In this document: positions 8,501 to 15,160 of the stretch, one piece after another
Layout: every line of letters begins with the position of its first letter
How positions within the stretch are numbered: the first letter of the stretch is position 1
Assembly: GCA_041736305.1 (NCBI GenBank)
Contig: JBGSTX010000209.1
Span: 1 to 15,858, forward strand
Source of the DNA: Oligoflexus sp.
Lineage (GTDB): Bacteria > Bdellovibrionota_B > Oligoflexia > Oligoflexales > Oligoflexaceae
DNA: 15,858 nt
Direction: 5' to 3'
Made by a program: the position numbers and the translations under genes
The notes under the pieces: model-generated
Told to the model about the DNA's origin: nothing
Database searches by the model: none
The model's input: the letters and a program-made list of their open reading frames with translations, nothing else

Positions 8501-9422
8501 AGCCTTTGACGACGGCATAGATCTTGTCGTTGTCCCGGATCGCGTCTTCGAGTCGCTTCATGATAACGAATCCGCAGCCTTCGCCCGGAATAAATCCATT
8601 GGCGCGCTTGTCGTAGACCCGCATTTCATCGGGGGTGAGAGCCCCCGTCTTTGCGAAACCGATAAGCTCAAAGGTATCAAGACTGATGTCGATCCCGCCA
8701 GCGAAAGCGACATCGAGTTCGCCTTCGGCGAGATTGCGTGCCGCTGTAATAACAGCGATGAGCGACGATGCACAAGCTCCGTCGACCGTATACCCTCCGC
8801 CGTGGAGATCAAGAAAATTACAAACGCGGCCGGCGATAGTGTTCGATAGTGCGCCGGCGAGGGTATCTTCGGTCACGGGAGGAAAAACGGATTTAAAGGT
8901 TGGTTCGACAGCCTGTATGTAGGCTTCAAGGGCCGGTCCACTCATGCCCTGAGCTTTGCCGGTCTCGCGCAGGACTTTAGCGAAATAAGGCCAGCGCATG
9001 CGCATGGCGTTGGTACGGGTCCATTCACCAGTCAGAGTATTGCCAAGTATAACGCCGGTATTGATTTTTTGTAGTTTTTCAAGGGAAAGTCCTGAATCTT
9101 CGAGGGCTTTCAACGCTACGTCGAGAGCCATCCACTGCACGATATCGGTACCGTCGACAGTCTTCTTGGGTATGCGCTTCTCTTTCCAATCGAAGTCGTA
9201 ACCGTCGATAACACCAGCTTCAGTTCCGTAAGTCTTATCGGGAACTGACTTATCAGGTGAATAGTATTCCGCGTGAGGTAGGCGCTCGTCGGGCATCCTG
9301 CGGAACTGCTGGCGCTTAGCTAGGATATTCTCCCAAAACTCAATCAATGATTGCGCCCCGGGGTACCAGCAAGACATTCCAACTACAGCAATTCCAAGAT
9401 TTTCGCGCTTCTTACCCGTCAT
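2595..9422 (-). CDS. pksE: Iterative type I polyketide synthase, enediyne PksE-like: KS-AT-ACP-KR-DH plus two fused hot-dog thioesterases; no PPTase domain
   Basis: KS: DGACASS (Cys217), EGHGTGT, KSIVGHTK, plus the PksE-typical GNTLTGEWTRTNAMRMRWP. AT: FPGQG, GHSLG (Ser690), NAFHS (malonyl type). Single ACP: DDLNLDSIK (Ser1032). KR: TGGAKGITA, HGAGINKP, YGFAN. DH: LKDHNYKGAFLMP (His1631), DSLLQ. TE1: IYFSHFFNWMGLSRE. TE2: NLVGNLYFGNYSIWMGKLRD. RBS AAGGAG. The symbol refers to the enediyne-type pksE, not Bacillus pksE. Confidence 0.92.
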   Translation of the reverse strand: MTGKKRENLGIAVVGMSCWYPGAQSLIEFWENILAKRQQFRRMPDERLPHAEYYSPDKSVPDKTYGTEAGVIDGYDFDWKEKRIPKKTVDGTDIVQWMALDVALKALEDSGLSLEKLQKINTGVILGNTLTGEWTRTNAMRMRWPYFAKVLRETGKAQGMSGPALEAYIQAVEPTFKSVFPPVTEDTLAGALSNTIAGRVCNFLDLHGGGYTVDGACASSLIAVITAARNLAEGELDVAFAGGIDISLDTFELIGFAKTGALTPDEMRVYDKRANGFIPGEGCGFVIMKRLEDAIRDNDKIYAVVKGWGISSDGKGGLTAPSVAGQASAISKAYSMSGYQLKDCDFIEGHGTGTTVGDKIEVSAMVEALGDGVPAQNIGITSLKSIVGHTKAAAGIGAFIKTVIGVNQRVAPPMAGVEEFSDLFSGKARFFTPLIEGYKRPENAVMRAGLSAMGFGGINSHVTMESYGQVQENLRPSADEKVLLSSHDRGEVLVFSAPSQTALERKIQQTLAYVRRISRAELLDLAADLSRFAKGHENYRAAVVVQKPEDAFQALSKLAKWLETPLKANETRESLEGSTLISLGFSNKPPRIAFVFPGQGAQKLNMGKKLIRRFDWAKDRLERAESIVREYNATPLSDCLFTESYRHDEEQLKKLSLTEMAQPAITLSNVLWLEAMQRFGINPSVVAGHSLGELSALFAAKAIDFPTLIKLASKRGALMANRADRPGGMIHLACDQATAESLIKEVDGYVTVANINAPDQTILSGDVKALDKILELAKLKNLRAGPLPVSNAFHSSYMDEAATAFAAFMKDIKFARPELKFVRGTDGKLFDAASDLNAYLAQQIIEPVDFVALAKTVQQEADLVFEIGPSAILSGLFKRINSSSTQTLCWPSESRPGYDAEYKAILAISYTKGSQVRWEELYRHRFVRPFVRPDEKKFIESPTERPLTVAQVPGASLGFTAPVVQTLPIAASLPIVAERAAEVTSTSPAPAAVAPASSVEQVLFGVIESLTGFEAATLKPEMRVLDDLNLDSIKASELVANASMHYGIAGELELAAFANASIGEIAQAIRDKLAEKGLSADSPQAPASSVQKEPLVSSSASLQVLPEAAPKAKAVAPAAPMVAEVSKSKNRAPWVRNFTEVFTETKLPKTSESWNQAVVQIVASSRDQAWVEQVQSSLESQGAVARSSFCSAPESSFQVQALDADLVIVLLPIPKAEDFNDALNERVRILSAIAQGRWKKGQTISFVQIDDGRFGHSSEAAPISSAKAFAQSLAHERSDLKIRALSFSQVSDLSLCLSQLLDSWKEPATIRVSGFDKKGVRYVPELLAEQPQSYEARNISWNKKDVILVTGGAKGITAACALAFAQKHKVKMALIGSSPLSKEDESNKEHPITATLEQYRALKLEARYYSCDIGNAHDVGQMVDRIRAELGPISGIVHGAGINKPRPASTVDAASALSEMTPKVKGMWNLFQATTKDSIKLVIGLTSVIGVTGMPGNAWYGFANETLDLMIRRYGKAHPKAQTQTLAYSVWAEVGMGARMGSDKNLESKGIGSIAPEQGVQRFMDLADAKAPDQQSVISSRLGDIGDKVAILPPQNFTVSFIEQLLHYQRDVEAIARTKLTLDSHSYLKDHNYKGAFLMPTVYGLEAMAQVVNTLFDLSGQDSCILENIQLSRPITVGAQGVDIEIYAEACERPESDGSIRVKTGIRTALTGFKYDHFAADFIMRASDRRAVVGVPTFSSRLAIEPMKQLYGSILFQGPMFQRIEDIYHLESDNETEGCTVFRSRAEPQHLKGHLLGDPFFRDSLLQSAQIIIPQNQCLPIEIERITLFRGHRDVLDRISFTDVHKADAKTYLATVDVFDKSGQLLERMENYRLQFLEKRLQLPKAMDLIQIGQSAALPAAAVVPTDAHNPLLNPYRATASLLRIDAEPNGPQGQSVFVHRFIPDFKTFANLNRSIYFSHFFNWMGLSREMSSIPVLDGIRELTETGRWGLVTNWSSIEVLGECRNRERIVEARMWCGKITGSKNSSATLNFDWVSRGPDQIEERIATGQMGFTWVEILDHGIVRPAEFPDYYKDFIASMVAKNDNKDTYVPAPEPYRTLSKGETLFTAPQGPSSSVPLAEKVYETGLFDANLVGNLYFGNYSIWMGKLRDEFFQNIVPQLYRGIGEDGELTCVKARIQHLREAMPFDKIRVSMAVKAIHSQGLDLYFEFFKDSEHGGAPEKLAIGEHSVIWAKNNEEGNKISADLPAKILEVVVKTVEIHLTEKMAQKPDKAAK

Positions 9423-9460
9423 CTCTCTTGCTCCTTAACCTTCGTATGAGGCAGGTCTAT

Positions 9461-9494
9461 CCCTCAGCTGATCTGCAAGCAGCTCAGCTAAGAG
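9461..9494 (-). promoter_or_regulatory. Stem-loop in the putative 5' leader of the PKS operon
   Basis: AGCTGA(9466-71)/TCAGCT(9484-89) with inner CTG/CAG. Flanking C/A mismatches on + become G-U pairs on the minus-strand RNA. Confidence 0.45.
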
Positions 9495-9531
9495 GAACGA
9501 GGCCTTATTCGGATCGATTCAGTGGTCGACT

Positions 9532-9548
9532 ATGCAAACGCCAAGCCA
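9532..9548 (-). promoter_or_regulatory. Putative sigma54 (-24/-12) promoter for the PKS operon
   Basis: Minus strand reads TGGCTTGGCGTTTGCAT, i.e. GG-N10-GC with a TTGCA -12 box, about 110 bp upstream of the PKS ATG. Confidence 0.55.
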
Positions 9549-9906
9549 TATGTTTAAGCCCTTTCCAGGCACAGACTGCGCTCGAGCCGAAAAAAAATTC
9601 GAAAAGTATCAATGCCCTACTGGTGCCACAAATTTTTTACTTTTCTAGGCTCAGAAGTGCCCCCCCAGCTAAAACCCTGGAGGATCGCGGCACTAATTCA
9701 TTTTGTCCGATCGGCACTACTGAAATTTTTATGAGTAAAATGGGTGTCAGAGTTCTAGACCGTCAAAATTATTGCCGAATAAGTCGAAAGCTAGTTTATG
9801 CTGTCCAAGAATTGCTGAGTCTGGATTTGGGCAATTCGATGTTTTGAGGCCTGGGGCTTAGAAGGAGCTTAGGCGGCTAAAGCGGACGAGGTCACCTCTG
9901 TTAGTA

Positions 9907-9912
9907 TATAAT
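9907..9912 (+). promoter_or_regulatory. Possible sigma70 -10 box for the ABC operon
   Basis: Perfect TATAAT 37 bp upstream of ATG 9950, with RBS AGGAGG at 9940-9945. No convincing -35 box. Confidence 0.35.
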
Positions 9913-9949
9913 CGATCCATGCTGACTTTGAAGCGGCCTAGGAGGAACC

Positions 9950-10666
9950 ATGGGTGAGAGTCCAGGGACGGCAGTATTCCAGTGTTCTAAACTGATCTTT
10001 TCCTACAAAAGTCCGCAAGGTCCAACTCGAGTACTCGATGGGATAGACCTTACCGTTGAGAGCGGTGATTTTATATGCCTGACCGGTCCCTCGGGTTCTG
10101 GAAAATCGACCTTACTCAATCTCCTGGGCCTCATAGAAGCACCGCAGGAAGGCCAGTTTATGTTTCAGTCGAAAGCCGTAAACGGCCTAGCTGAAAAAGA
10201 TCTCAATTGGATTCGACGCTATAAAATAGGCTTCATTTTCCAAGATTTTCAACTGATAGAAGTCCTCACCGTAGAGGAAAATGTCGAGTACTTTCTCACG
10301 CGGCAAAAGGTTCCCCCCGTCGAACGCCAGCAGCTAGTTGAATTGGCCCTTCATGAAGTTGGACTGTGGACCCATCGAGAAAAACGCCCTTCTCAGCTCA
10401 GCGGCGGCCAAAAGCAGCGCGTGGCTATCGCGCGGGCCCTTGCCAAACGCCCCGCCGTGATTATAGCGGATGAACCCACGGCAAGTCTCGACCTCACGAC
10501 AGGCAGAACTGTTATGGACGTCCTGAAGAAGCTGAATGAGAAGTTAGGAGTAACCATCGTCCTAGCCTCTCACGACCCCATGGTGTTGGAATATGGGAAG
10601 ACCGAAATTAAATTAAGAGAAGGTCGGATATTGAGCCAGCAAGGAGCTAGACGCGATGTTAGCTAA
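9950..10666 (+). CDS. ABC transporter ATP-binding protein, LolD/MacB family
   Basis: Walker [16 protein letters not shown]-loop, signature LSGGQKQR, Walker B IIADEPT, H-loop ASHD. Strong RBS. Confidence 0.95.
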   Translation: MGESPGTAVFQCSKLIFSYKSPQGPTRVLDGIDLTVESGDFICLTGPSGSGKSTLLNLLGLIEAPQEGQFMFQSKAVNGLAEKDLNWIRRYKIGFIFQDFQLIEVLTVEENVEYFLTRQKVPPVERQQLVELALHEVGLWTHREKRPSQLSGGQKQRVAIARALAKRPAVIIADEPTASLDLTTGRTVMDVLKKLNEKLGVTIVLASHDPMVLEYGKTEIKLREGRILSQQGARRDVS

Positions 10667-11861
10667 GTTCGCTGTTCGTAATGTAAAGAGAAACCGCCGT
10701 CGCTCGATAGTAGCTGTCGGTACCATCGCGGTCGGCGTATTCGGGCTGCTATTCCTCCAAGGCTTCTTCTCCGGCCTCATCTCGCTGCACACTGAAAACT
10801 CTATCCACTCGCGTTTCGGCCACGGTCAGGTCATGACGAAGAACTACTGGGGCCAGGCCTTTGAGAAGCCCTATGAGCACTGGATAGCCAACCCAGCTGA
10901 AGTGATGGCCGACCTGGAGAAAGACCCCGGCGTGTATGCTGTCTTTCCCAGAGTGCAATTCTTCTCCCTCCTGAGCAACGGCAGTATCAATGTCGCAGGC
11001 CGTGGTCAAGGGGTCGTCGGCGAGAAGGAAAAAGACTTTTTTGATAAAATGAACTTCGTCCAAGGCGAAGCGATCGGCTCCAAAAAAGACGGCATAGTCC
11101 TCGGAATAGGAGTTGCAAGGGCACTTGGAGTAAAACTAGGTGATTCGGTCACAGTCCTAGGGCAAACTGTCCACGGATCGATTAATGCTATCGATACAGT
11201 AGTAAGCGGAATCTTTCATGTCGGCATGAAAGAGGCCGATGACTCGCTTTTTCAGGTTCAGCTGAGCCAGGCCCATGTTCTTCTCGATACCAGCGCGGTC
11301 GAATCGATAACGATCGGCCTTTCGGACCCTAGCAGCTGGAGCCGCGTAGCCAGGAACATTGAAAAGGCCCACCAGGAACTCGAAGCTATACCCCTGCACA
11401 TACTGGATCAGGTCTGGGCTGAGAACGGCGAAAAGTTTCTTAAGGCCCTGCTCAATATATTTCGTCTGACCTTTTTAGGCATGATCATGCTCGCCATCTA
11501 TAACAGCGCTTCCAATACTGTCCTCGAGCGGAAGCGCGAACTAGGCATGCTTCGCGCCAACGGCGAGTCGGCTGGCGATCTCGTGCGACTGCTGCTTATC
11601 GAGGGGCTGGTCCTGGCCAGCTTAGGCGCTCTGATCGGAGCAGGACTGACTCTCTTAGCGGATCAGCTCGCAGGATCTGGACTGCCTATGCCTCCCACTC
11701 CAGGGACTAATCGTGAGCTTCCTGTAAAACTGGACCTGCGCTTATCCTATTTCGCTGTTGCCATCGCATTAGGCGTTGCCACCTCTCTGATTGCAACTCT
11801 GCTTTCGACTTTACAAGTACTTAAGCTCTCGATAGTGCAAGCTATCCGAGCCCCTCAATAA
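10656..11861 (+). CDS. ABC transporter permease, FtsX/MacB/LolCE family
   Basis: AVRNVKRNRRRS N-terminus, one TM helix, large periplasmic domain, ERKRELGMLRANG motif and three C-terminal TM helices. Overlaps the ATPase gene by 11 nt (translational coupling). Confidence 0.93.
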   Translation: MLAKFAVRNVKRNRRRSIVAVGTIAVGVFGLLFLQGFFSGLISLHTENSIHSRFGHGQVMTKNYWGQAFEKPYEHWIANPAEVMADLEKDPGVYAVFPRVQFFSLLSNGSINVAGRGQGVVGEKEKDFFDKMNFVQGEAIGSKKDGIVLGIGVARALGVKLGDSVTVLGQTVHGSINAIDTVVSGIFHVGMKEADDSLFQVQLSQAHVLLDTSAVESITIGLSDPSSWSRVARNIEKAHQELEAIPLHILDQVWAENGEKFLKALLNIFRLTFLGMIMLAIYNSASNTVLERKRELGMLRANGESAGDLVRLLLIEGLVLASLGALIGAGLTLLADQLAGSGLPMPPTPGTNRELPVKLDLRLSYFAVAIALGVATSLIATLLSTLQVLKLSIVQAIRAPQ

Positions 11862-11867
11862 TTCTTG

Positions 11868-11895
11868 AGAAAGGTAGCCAGAGCTGCCTTTCTTC
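11868..11895 (+). terminator. Probable intrinsic terminator of the ABC operon
   Basis: AGAAAGGTAGC-CAGA-GCTGCCTTTCT hairpin (one U-G pair) starting 6 bp after the permease stop, with a T-rich 3' side. Confidence 0.65.
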
Positions 11896-12083
11896 CTGAC
11901 ACTTCTTCGAATTTTTGAATAGAAATTGGATTGGCTGCACTCGCGTCTGAAAACTTCGGATAAGATCAATACTTTCATATTTTTATGATTGAAGTACTTC
12001 AAGTGAGCTGCAAAGAGACTTTCCTGGCGCAAGGATGCCAACTGTAATTTTTGCCGTTCTATAAATCACTATTTTTACAGCTG

Positions 12084-12113
12084 TTGTCTAAGTTCATACT
12101 CGCTTGTCTAAGT
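12084..12113. repeat. Direct repeat TTGTCTAAGT x2 (20-bp period), possible activator-binding site
   Basis: Exact 10-mers at 12084-12093 and 12104-12113 in the AT-rich intergenic region, about 170-200 bp upstream of a sigma54-like motif. Confidence 0.5.
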
Positions 12114-12282
12114 GTGTGCACAAGTTTGAAATCTGCTGTCACTTTTAAAAAAAGTGTAGAAATTTAGTTTTTCTTATTTAATTCAGAGATTTAACTCGAA
12201 AATGGCTTTGGTGTGTAGAGGAATCCGACAGATGGCGTCTGTGACGTCAGCGGCAATCATTGGGTTTTCGGGCACCGCCCTT

Positions 12283-12298
12283 TGGAACGGCATTTGCT
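12283..12298 (+). promoter_or_regulatory. Putative sigma54 (-24/-12) promoter for the lipoprotein array
   Basis: TGGAACGGCATTTGCT, i.e. GG-N10-GC close to consensus TGGCAC-N5-TTGCW, 36 bp upstream of ATG 12335. RBS AGGGGA at 12321. Confidence 0.65.
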
Positions 12299-12334
12299 TA
12301 TACTATGCAACAACTCCAACAGGGGACTTTATAA

Positions 12335-13237
12335 ATGAGAAGTAAAATTTTAGTGGCTACTGCTGTGCTTTCCGCACAGTTTGCATGCAAAAAGAACAAT
12401 GATCTCCCTTACAGCACGTCCCAAGTCTCGGCTATGTCGATGGAAGCTAAAGGCTTCTCTTCTCATGAAAGTAGCCAAGTAAATGAAGTCGCCGCACCGA
12501 GCGTAGGTGCGAATCTCGCTTTACCAGCGCGCAATACTTTGCCTATTTCGCCCGCTACTTGGTGTGAAGGCAGTCTAAATGCACTTAAAATCAGCAAACA
12601 GGCGATTACCGCAGAGCTGGCAGCGCTCTGTACCGGAGCCACTCCAACAGCGCGCTTTGCGACTCTCATTAACTCAGCCTATACCGGGACCGGTGAAGCG
12701 GTTATTACTCCTATCAGCGTCGGTATGGTAGGAAGCGATGTTCAACTCTTCGTTGCCTATGCGATGAAGCTGAATAAGCCAGCGGTTCAGACTCTCTTGG
12801 GTGAAGAAAAACACGTTCCATCAGGCTACGACGTTGGTGACCTGAAGATCGTTCCAAAATTCGTTAACCCGCCCCCTCTTAATACAGGTGACTGCGATAC
12901 GGCCTTCTACGTCGACCAGTACACTGAAGTAAACGATGTCATCGACTTTAAAGAGACTTCCAAGAATGAACTGAAGATGTATCGCCTTCACCCGAACAAC
13001 TTCGATTTCTTCATGGCCGCTCGTACCCTGGTTGCACCGACTGAACAATTCCGTAAGGCAGTGGTTATGCGGGCGATCATGGCTGATCCGGCAGACCCTA
13101 AGAAATCGATAGCTATCTCCGTACTCAACTTTGTTATGAACGATAGAAACGGCAACGGCGACAATGTTCGAGCGACTTTCGAAAGATTTATCGAGGCAGA
13201 TTTCCTGGCTCTTTACAAAAGTCAAACCACTAACTAA
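12335..13237 (+). CDS. Putative lipoprotein of unknown function (paralog 1)
   Basis: Signal MRSKILVATAVLSAQFA-C, low-complexity tether, Cys pair WCE...ALC, and SAYTGTGE motif shared with the next gene. Confidence 0.8.
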   Translation: MRSKILVATAVLSAQFACKKNNDLPYSTSQVSAMSMEAKGFSSHESSQVNEVAAPSVGANLALPARNTLPISPATWCEGSLNALKISKQAITAELAALCTGATPTARFATLINSAYTGTGEAVITPISVGMVGSDVQLFVAYAMKLNKPAVQTLLGEEKHVPSGYDVGDLKIVPKFVNPPPLNTGDCDTAFYVDQYTEVNDVIDFKETSKNELKMYRLHPNNFDFFMAARTLVAPTEQFRKAVVMRAIMADPADPKKSIAISVLNFVMNDRNGNGDNVRATFERFIEADFLALYKSQTTN

Positions 13238-13274
13238 GTAATCCGGCGTGAGTTCGCCGCTTTGGAGAATTACA

Positions 13275-14195
13275 ATGTTGAAATCTAATAGTACTAAGTT
13301 TATTTGCACTTTTCTTGGCAGCCTGTGCTTAGTGATCATCGCAGCTTGTGGTGAAGGTTCTAAAAAGAGTTTCGACGCTAACTCAGGTACATCAACTCTT
13401 AGCGGCGATAGCACAAAGGGTCAGGCCGCCACGCCCGACACGTCTGGTACAGAGGGTATCCTAGGTGACACGCTCATCGACAATCGCACCATCACGCAAG
13501 TCCTTTGCGAAGAAGGCCCAAAAGTGGTTGGCAAGAACAGCAAAGGTAACTTCGATAAGGAATTTGCACTGGTCTGTGCCAATGGCACTACCAACGAAAC
13601 CTTTAAGAAATTGCTGCTGAGTGCCTTCAGTGGTACAGGCGAACCGGCTATCACGACGGTAGCGAATACCAGCGATGACAATTACGTGACCAATTTGGTC
13701 CTCGCCTATTCAGTGAAGATGCCCATAGCAGACCCCTCACTCTTCGCTGACTACAAGGCTCACGACATCTTCGCCCCAGGTGTCAAAGCTGGTAACTCGG
13801 AGCTTAAAATCGCTGTAGAATCTCGTCAGTCTTTCCCAGGCAAAGCCAGCGTAGAACAGGTAATCCTGAACTACAACCTACTCAACGCAGAAGGCGCAGG
13901 CATCTTGGATAAACGTCGGACCGAATTCAATACCTATCTCCTGTTAGAGAATACCCGCGATGTAGTTGTATCAACCGAAGTACTTTTGGATGAAGCTACG
14001 AACGAGCAGTATCATCAAGCTAACGGTATGAACATCGGCATCAAAGACAACTCAGGCCAGACCTATATGATCTTTATCATCAACCTTGTCATCAAGAACC
14101 GCATCGATCCAGCACGCATGCAGAAGACGATGCTGACTCTCAATGGTCAGGTAGCAAAAATGATCCAAGCTCACGTCGTAGCTGGCAATAAGTAA
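13275..14195 (+). CDS. Putative lipoprotein of unknown function (paralog 2)
   Basis: ATG 13275 preceded by GGAGA is preferred to the track GTG at 13248. Lipobox IIAA-C, Ser/Thr/Gly tether, LCE...NFDKEFALVC, SAFSGTGE, RRTEFNTY. Confidence 0.8.
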   Translation: MLKSNSTKFICTFLGSLCLVIIAACGEGSKKSFDANSGTSTLSGDSTKGQAATPDTSGTEGILGDTLIDNRTITQVLCEEGPKVVGKNSKGNFDKEFALVCANGTTNETFKKLLLSAFSGTGEPAITTVANTSDDNYVTNLVLAYSVKMPIADPSLFADYKAHDIFAPGVKAGNSELKIAVESRQSFPGKASVEQVILNYNLLNAEGAGILDKRRTEFNTYLLLENTRDVVVSTEVLLDEATNEQYHQANGMNIGIKDNSGQTYMIFIINLVIKNRIDPARMQKTMLTLNGQVAKMIQAHVVAGNK

Positions 14196-14236
14196 TCAAC
14201 TAGAAAATTTTAAATAGTTCAAAGGGGTACGCCATC

Positions 14237-15133
14237 ATGAAAAATATTAAGATTATAGTTCACGCATTCGCCGTTCCTATACTGCTCTTGTCTATGACCC
14301 AGTGCAACAAGACAGTTCCTCAGGACGATGAAGAAAGCCCGAAGCCGGCTAAAGCCGACAACCTTGCCTCTGAAGCGACTCCTAAGCCTGATGAAACCAG
14401 TCTTAAACTGGACTATCCGAAGCAGTACTGCGAAAACGTGCGTAGGATTTCGATTCGGACCAATATCGACTCCATGATCGAATACATCTGCGCTGGCAAG
14501 TCGCCGTCGAAAGAATTTCTGGAACTCCGGACTAAGGCTATGAATGCAAAGCCGGGCGATATCCAGCTGTCGACTATAAAAATCAATCACAACGAAGAGA
14601 CTCAGAAGTCGGAATTCGTTATCGTCTGGGCATTCCACGTCCCTCTCCGCCCGTTCGAAGTCAAAGGCCGTCCTATTTATCAGTATGTAGCCCAGGGCTA
14701 TACCTCAGAGACGATAACTCTCGCGAGTAAGTTCGAACTTCAGCCGGATACCACCCTTGATCCAGGCGGTCTTCACCTCTGGAGCGTGAAGCTCAATCAT
14801 GATCTCGTTATCAAGGGTAGTTCCAACCTAAACCTCGCGAGCGCTCGTAATACCGAGTACAACCTTTATCAGGTTCTCTCCGGTAACGAAGAGATGGGAC
14901 TCGGCATCGAGCACATGACCGATACCGGCAATCCAAGCTACGATGCCTCGACGATGGCGAACTTCTCCTTCAACGACGGCGGCGGCTTCAACGATGGCAA
15001 AGGTGGAACGGTAGTTGTGACCATGCTACACTTTATTATCGGTAATTCGGGCTTTCCAAAGACCGCGACCGACTCGATTGCAGAAATTGCAAAGAACATT
15101 GCCGATGGCATGTACAACGGTCTGAAACAATAA
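14237..15133 (+). CDS. Putative lipoprotein of unknown function (paralog 3)
   Basis: Signal ending LLLSMTQ-C (atypical lipobox), Pro/Glu/Lys tether, YCE...YIC, RNTEYNLYQVLSGNEEMGLGIEH. RBS AAGGGG. Confidence 0.8.
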   Translation: MKNIKIIVHAFAVPILLLSMTQCNKTVPQDDEESPKPAKADNLASEATPKPDETSLKLDYPKQYCENVRRISIRTNIDSMIEYICAGKSPSKEFLELRTKAMNAKPGDIQLSTIKINHNEETQKSEFVIVWAFHVPLRPFEVKGRPIYQYVAQGYTSETITLASKFELQPDTTLDPGGLHLWSVKLNHDLVIKGSSNLNLASARNTEYNLYQVLSGNEEMGLGIEHMTDTGNPSYDASTMANFSFNDGGGFNDGKGGTVVVTMLHFIIGNSGFPKTATDSIAEIAKNIADGMYNGLKQ

Positions 15134-15160
15134 GCTTTAACGGCGCGAGAGGCTTGTACA

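Noticed and set aside
2739-9201. Many antisense or alternate-frame ORFs inside the PKS (e.g. 3543-4199, 5319-5792, 2975-3403)
   Set aside because: Shadow ORFs of a long coding gene with no family motifs.
2595-9422. Calling the locus a bona fide enediyne antibiotic cluster
   Set aside because: No recognisable E3/E4/E5, tailoring, sugar or apoprotein genes in the window; only the PKS and TE components are supported.
2595-9422. PUFA synthase PfaA or heterocyst glycolipid synthase
   Set aside because: Domain order is similar, but there is a single ACP, PksE-specific KS motifs and E10-like TEs, and no pfaB/C/D partners are present.
9613-9628. Second sigma54-like motif TGGCACCAGTAGGGCA on the minus strand
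   Set aside because: Good -24 box and GG-N10-GC spacing, but the -12 box lacks TT and it lies further from the gene. Kept only as a weaker alternative.
9347-9847. 166-aa + strand ORF across the divergent promoter region
   Set aside because: Overlaps the PKS start antisense, has no RBS or recognisable motifs, and covers AT-rich regulatory sequence.
9950-11861. Housekeeping lolD/lolCE or macB gene symbols
   Set aside because: Only family-level similarity; the context is accessory, there is no MacA/TolC, and orthology cannot be shown.
12228-12280. Small palindromes ACAGA/TCTGT, TGACGTCA and GGGC/GCCC upstream of the lipoprotein promoter
   Set aside because: Short enough to arise by chance; no basis for an ncRNA call.
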